From Auanema rhodensis (Eukaryota > Animalia > Nematoda): DNA of 64,000 nt. Under the pieces are notes generated by a model. The model was not told the DNA's origin and did not search any database. It was given only the letters and a program-made list of their open reading frames with translations. The stretch lies in the NCBI GenBank assembly GCA_964057225.1, contig OZ059900.1, positions 5,766,001 through 5,830,000 of the forward strand, in the 5' to 3' direction. Each line of letters opens with the position of its first letter. Positions within the stretch are counted from its first letter, which is position 1. Of this stretch, positions 55,840 to 64,000 are shown piece after piece. The position numbers were made by a program, and so were the translations under genes.

Positions 55840-58406
55840 AATATTGTGAGCACTGCTGAATAACTTTTCAAAGTATCAAAATTCATTGATTAATTTGAGA
55901 AATCCCAATATCGTTTTATCTTTGTTTCTGAATAGAAAAAAGTTGTTATCAGAATAAGATCAAAGGTTTGTACTTCTTAATGTTATTTAACTAATTATAT
56001 ACATAAATAAACTATATTGTTTTGTCTGATTAACCTAATCTTTCTAATTTTTAACCAAATATTCTGCTAACCGTGAAGTTTCAAAAATGAATAATCGAAG
56101 CATATTTAAGAAAGTTTTGTGAGAGCATTGCAATTGTATTTTTATTGTGTTGCTTAGTGATAAACGGCTCTGATTTTGAAATTTTAAGTTCTAAGTCAAG
56201 CATTTCATAAGACATAACAGTAGGAATATCGCTTTAAAGTTTTATGGAAAGTGGACAATAGGCGGAACTATATTTCGTTTTATGATTTTTAAAATAAGCT
56301 ATTTACATGAATACATATATATTAGACCCTAGGCTTATAAACTTTTAAATCTTAATGAAAATGACAATTCCGCTTTTTTTACACAAAATTTTTAAATTCA
56401 GTGTGGCCAGCACAAGCTGTGTATGTTAGTGTAACCAGATAATATAAATAGCATCAATTCCTCTAAAGCTAGGAATGTTTGACAATATGAGAAGATGCAG
56501 GTACAAGAAGGAGATCAAGTTTCCGTCACGTTAACCGAATACAAAGATTTGTTCTAAGTGTCTCCATTTAATTAATAGAATAGAGCTAGTTATATATGTT
56601 TGTTAAACTCTTTTCTAATAAATACAAGAGCATTTGTGATGAATATTAATGCTTTCTTCCGCATTTCCACCTTTTCGCTTAAGAACAAACTCATTAATTC
56701 ATTTTTATTAGAATACTTTCCATCTTTAAGCTGAGGAACGATGAACAGCAGACGTTTTGCTGAAAAATTATCTGCCCGTGTGTGGCAATCACAATTTGCA
56801 CTGCGGCTGTTAGCTCTTTGACAGCCCCCCTCCGCTACTGATAATTTTGTTCCGCTAAGTGCTTTCTGCGAGATTTTTCTGGCAGTCCTCGCAGATATTG
56901 CTTGGTTTTATCAACAGATGCTTTGACCTGGGTGGTCCTATAAATTGCAAATTATGTATGAAAAATCTAAATATTATTGATAATGTATGAAAGTTGTTTT
57001 AATTATTTACAAAAAAAAACGAAAGATCAAGGAATGCTTGTTGAAAATATAAGATGAATTCACTTACAACAAAAAGGGATAGATCTTGAGAAAATGAGTA
57101 ACAACAATCAATAAACATTTGAACAAGACATTTGACATAATAAAAACATGGATCAATAATTGTTTTTTTAATATTTTTACCTTACGTTATTATAAACAAC
57201 GATGTGTAAGGCGCTGAGATAAATAAATAATTCAAAATTAATTATAACAGAAACATTCACAGATATTAGAGTATTGAGTACGTATAGTTACTTGCTCAGT
57301 TGTTTTTATATTAATTTGATTCGAAATTCTAGTTTATTTCTTTTTTCTGTGAAATATTTTCTTTGAATTTGAATCTGTTTTTTCTTATCTACACGATCGT
57401 ACGATAGTCAATCTGTCAAATACAGTTTTAGTTCGAGATGTGATTAGGATACATGAAACGATTCTATTATATTTTATTTTTGAATTTCGATTTTCGAAAA
57501 ATTTATGAGAATTGAAATCCATCAAGAGTGAATATTAGCGAAAGATTACTTATACCACATGTGAATATCTAAATTATAATATTTTTGAGTATGATTTGCT
57601 CATCGGTGTTTGAGTTATTGAAAAAGGCTGTGATTCCAGAGTTTACGTCAATATAATCTTATGAATCGATGTAATATTTACCATAATAATGTTTAGCTAT
57701 GCTTTAATATGAATCATGCTTTAATCTTTTAGCCATATTCAATCATGCGATTTCTCAATGTTCTTAACAGAAAAGCATTTTTGATATATGTATTGACTCT
57801 TCATTTTTCGTTTAATATGACAGATGAAGAGCTTGTTCATATGTTTTCTTAAAAAGAAACTATTGACTTTAGCAAATATTTTTCAATCGTTTCTGTTTTT
57901 GCTTTGCTTTTTATTCTTGAATTATATGTAATATTTTCTTTTTTAAACTCTAATAGTATATCTTATTGGTAAATGTTTTCTATTTTTCTATCTCACAATT
58001 TAGAGCCGAGAGCATTTCTAAGTCTTTCTTTTCAAGTTTGATCTGTCTTCCTATTTTTTTCTTCAAGGTATAAAATACTTTTGTTCTTCATATTTTTCTT
58101 AATCTTCAAGATCTTTCCAGGTTCTCTTCTCGTTGCTGTTCTTTTCTTATTTCTCTATTTTTATTCTCTGCCGACAGAATTCAGTTCTGTCTCCACCCTA
58201 CAGATAGTGAAAGATTGTGTTGACAGGAGAGAAATATAGAAGCAGAACAAGAGGTCATTGCCAAGAGTAGGCCGGACCTATTGCAACGATCATCACAAAG
58301 AGGCCCTGCTCAAGCCCCTCCTCATTCCCAGGCTGTTGGCTGACCCAGTTCGGTTGCCTATCCAGTCTTTGCATCACTATTAGCTTGTGAGCTTGTTGGT
58401 TTCAAC

Positions 58407-61261
<2,855 letters not shown>

Positions 61262-62270
61262 ACAGTTACTCAGCCGTTTAATGTTTTTGTTTATTCTTAC
61301 TTCGTTTTGTACATGATCATCAGCAGAATAAATCAGTTCAGCTAAAAGTATACTTGGCATAATTCTATTTCATCAATTATTAAGATGAGAAACAAAAATT
61401 AAAAAGGGCGTAGAAAGCAAATTTGGAAAACAAAAACAAAAAGCTTTTCCTGTCTTTTTTACTCAAAAAAACAATAGTTTATTATATGTTAAACTAAATT
61501 AGATTCGAACAATGGCAGGTGTTTGAACGGTAATTTTAACAAAAATGAAATATGAAACATTCTCAAAGTATTGATAAACCAGCTTATTTCTGGCATAACA
61601 GAAAAAAACGTAAATTTATTAATTTTTATTGAATACTATACTTTATTTCTATTTTCTATATAGTGAAATTAATGAGTTTTCTTTATTTCTTGAGTAATGG
61701 TAACACATTCAGTCTCAAAACTTGTAATTTCCCTTCATTTCTCTTTCTACTTCATGAGGTGTTTAGACTTGCAATATAATCAACAAAAGAAATCACAAGA
61801 AATAACAACACAAAGATAAACAGTTTCAACTTTCGGTAGAGTGAACTGTATCAAGAATCAATCGGAACAAATGTAACAATAAAATACTGAAATATAGGTA
61901 GGGGAAATACTATAAATGAATAGTGAAACATTCAAATTTATGAAGAACTGCGTAGAAATTTGAAGAAAATCAATTACCACACATATTAGACAAAGAATTT
62001 CAAATGTTTTCTTGATATTATGCATATAATATGTGAGGCATTCGGAGTTTGTTCCTGTATTATCGATTTTTTGAAAACATATCTGATATTAATAGATTGA
62101 ACAATATAACATCTTGGTGTAGTTGATGTGTTCCAAGTGAGTCAAAAACTTTCATTGGTTCCCATCCTCCCTGAAAACAAAAAATCTCTCTCTCTCTCTG
62201 TAAATCTATATCCTCATCTCATCTACCATAACTAAATCTAAATCTCTATCCTTACATGAATCTCGAAATA

Positions 62271-64000
62271 TCTCTGAAAACTGAAATCTAACCTATGACT
62301 TATGATGCCAACTCTTGAAAAACATGAAATTCAGGAAGAAGCTTGTAAGCAAATTACTGACGAGAACTTTTGAAATTTTTAACATCCGTTCCTCTTTAAA
62401 ATTGAGAAAACGACCCTACCTACTATGAGCAGAATGGCCTAAAGGTACACTGCATGGATTACAGATTAACCAACTAAGTTCAATACCTTTCTCTGTTTTT
62501 TAAGAAAATCAATATCAAATCAAGAATCCAAAAAAACGGTCGGATGGATTTGGACTGTGAAAAGTCCTTTTTTTTCAACTTTTGAGCTTCGTAACTCAGT
62601 TAGAAATTAATATTTTCCAATTTTGATTGAACGGGCAAATTGTGGAAGATGAACTCTTTCACCTCACTAAATTTTATTATCCTATCTGGTCTAGTATAAA
62701 AGTTATAGCCTCCTAAAGAGGAGAGATTAAGTCAAAAACTTGACTTTGGAACACTATATCTCCTTAACCATTGAGTTTTTCAAAAATATTTTAGCGGATC
62801 TGAACTCTACGTAGAAAGATCTTTTAGAAAAGCTACCTACATTGAAGATTGGAGTAGTTTGAAATTTTGGAAAATAGAAAATTCGGCCAATTTCAGGTTT
62901 CAGAAATAAAAATTTCGAGATTTTCAAAAATTGAGAGTTGCATCTGATAGAGCTTGAATAGCTGATTTCAAATATAAAAAGCAAATTTCTTCATTCTCAC
63001 TTTGAAAGGAGTTATGAGACTTTTTATGTTTTGATGTTTTGTTTTCAGAAGGCCATATCTACCTTCAGACGGCATTTCAGGAATTTTTAGTTAGCAGAAT
63101 CGTTTTCTACGTGTCTGTTTTACTTGGTCAACTTAGTTTCAAATCATTTTGTTCGAATTTTCAATTTTCGATCAAATGGTCCAAATCCATGTACTACCCC
63201 CTTACCTACTTTTTCATCAAAGTTGACCATCATTATATGAACTTTTAAGATTTTCACAAGTTTTTTTCTTTAATTATATTTTATAAAAATAAGAATTAAA
63301 GATATTAGAAAAGAATTAATAAATATACTTTGAAAGTTCAAGAAATGATTGTCTCATCTAACAATCATTCAGATGCTCAACAAATCTTGTTAACCTAAAA
63401 CTTGTGATTATTCCGATTCTCGTGGAGAACTGCTTTCATTACAAATCTCTCAAGTTAGAAGTTGTTTCAAATTGGAAATCAACAAAAAACTTGTGAAAAT
63501 CTTAAAATTTTATGTGATGATGGTCAACTTTGATGAAAAAGTAGGTAAGGGGGTAGTACATGGATTTGGACCATTTGATCAAAAATTGAAAATTCGAACA
63601 GAATGATTTGGAACTAAGTTGACCAAGTGAAACAGACACGTAGAAAACGATTCTGCTAACTAAAAATTCCTGAAATGCCGTCTGAAGGTAGATATGGCCT
63701 TCTGAATGCAAAACATCAAAACATAAAAAGTCTCATAACTCTTTTCACAGTGAGAATAAAGAAATTTCCTTTTTATATTTGAAATCAGCTATTCAAGCTC
63801 TATCAGAAGGCACCCTCAATTTTGGAAAAACTCGAAATTTTTATTTCTGAAACCTGAAATTGGCCGAATTTTCTATTTTCCAAAATTTCAAACTACTCCA
63901 TTCTTCAATGTAGGTAGCTTTTCTAAAAGATCTTTCTACGTAGAGTTCAGATCCGCTAAAATATTTTTGAAGTCATAGGTTAGATTTCAGTTTTCAGAGA
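62271..64000. mobile_element. Large foldback/inverted-repeat element, probably a non-autonomous DNA transposon; it runs off the right edge of the window
   Basis: 62779-63266 is the reverse complement of 63484-63971 (about 21 mismatches in about 488 bp by eye, roughly 95%), with a 217-bp spacer. 63970-64000 then matches 62271-62301 in reverse complement. No transposase ORF was seen. Confidence 0.85.

Noticed and set aside
63039-63711. Near-identical ORFs 63039-63248 (+) and 63502-63711 (-), plus 62754-62984 (-)
   Set aside because: They are mirror images produced by the inverted repeat. They have non-ATG or weak starts and no transposase or other recognisable motif.

Overview
AT-rich eukaryotic DNA from a nematode, probably a rhabditid. 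Evidence: very short introns (mostly about 42-60 nt), TTTCAG/TTTTAG acceptors just before start codons, and nematode-type TTR and CX genes. The ORF track mostly shows exon fragments, so I spliced the genes by hand. Eleven protein-coding genes are supported, in order: a three-MAM-domain protein (+), V-ATPase subunit A/vha-13 (+), a CX-module membrane protein (+), three divergent transthyretin-like genes (+,-,+), a kinase-less 3-Ig FGFRL1/nou-darake-like receptor (-), a secreted Cys-rich/mucin/ShK protein (-), attractin (-), TMEM184 (+) and cathepsin D/asp-4 (+). The window ends inside a large foldback inverted repeat. The most interesting signal lies in the 1.34-kb intron that splits the attractin transmembrane helix. 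It holds a GATA-rich putative internal promoter and an ATG-bearing mini-exon with a perfect donor. Spliced in phase, this would give a 151-aa ectodomain-less attractin (TM plus MASRPF tail). Other points: frequent AAG 3' splice sites, a likely GC-AG intron, rewired cysteines in the TTR cluster, and three XBP-1/UPRE-like sites upstream of TMEM184. I found no tRNA, rRNA or CRISPR arrays. Exon boundaries are manual and untested, and no database searches were run.
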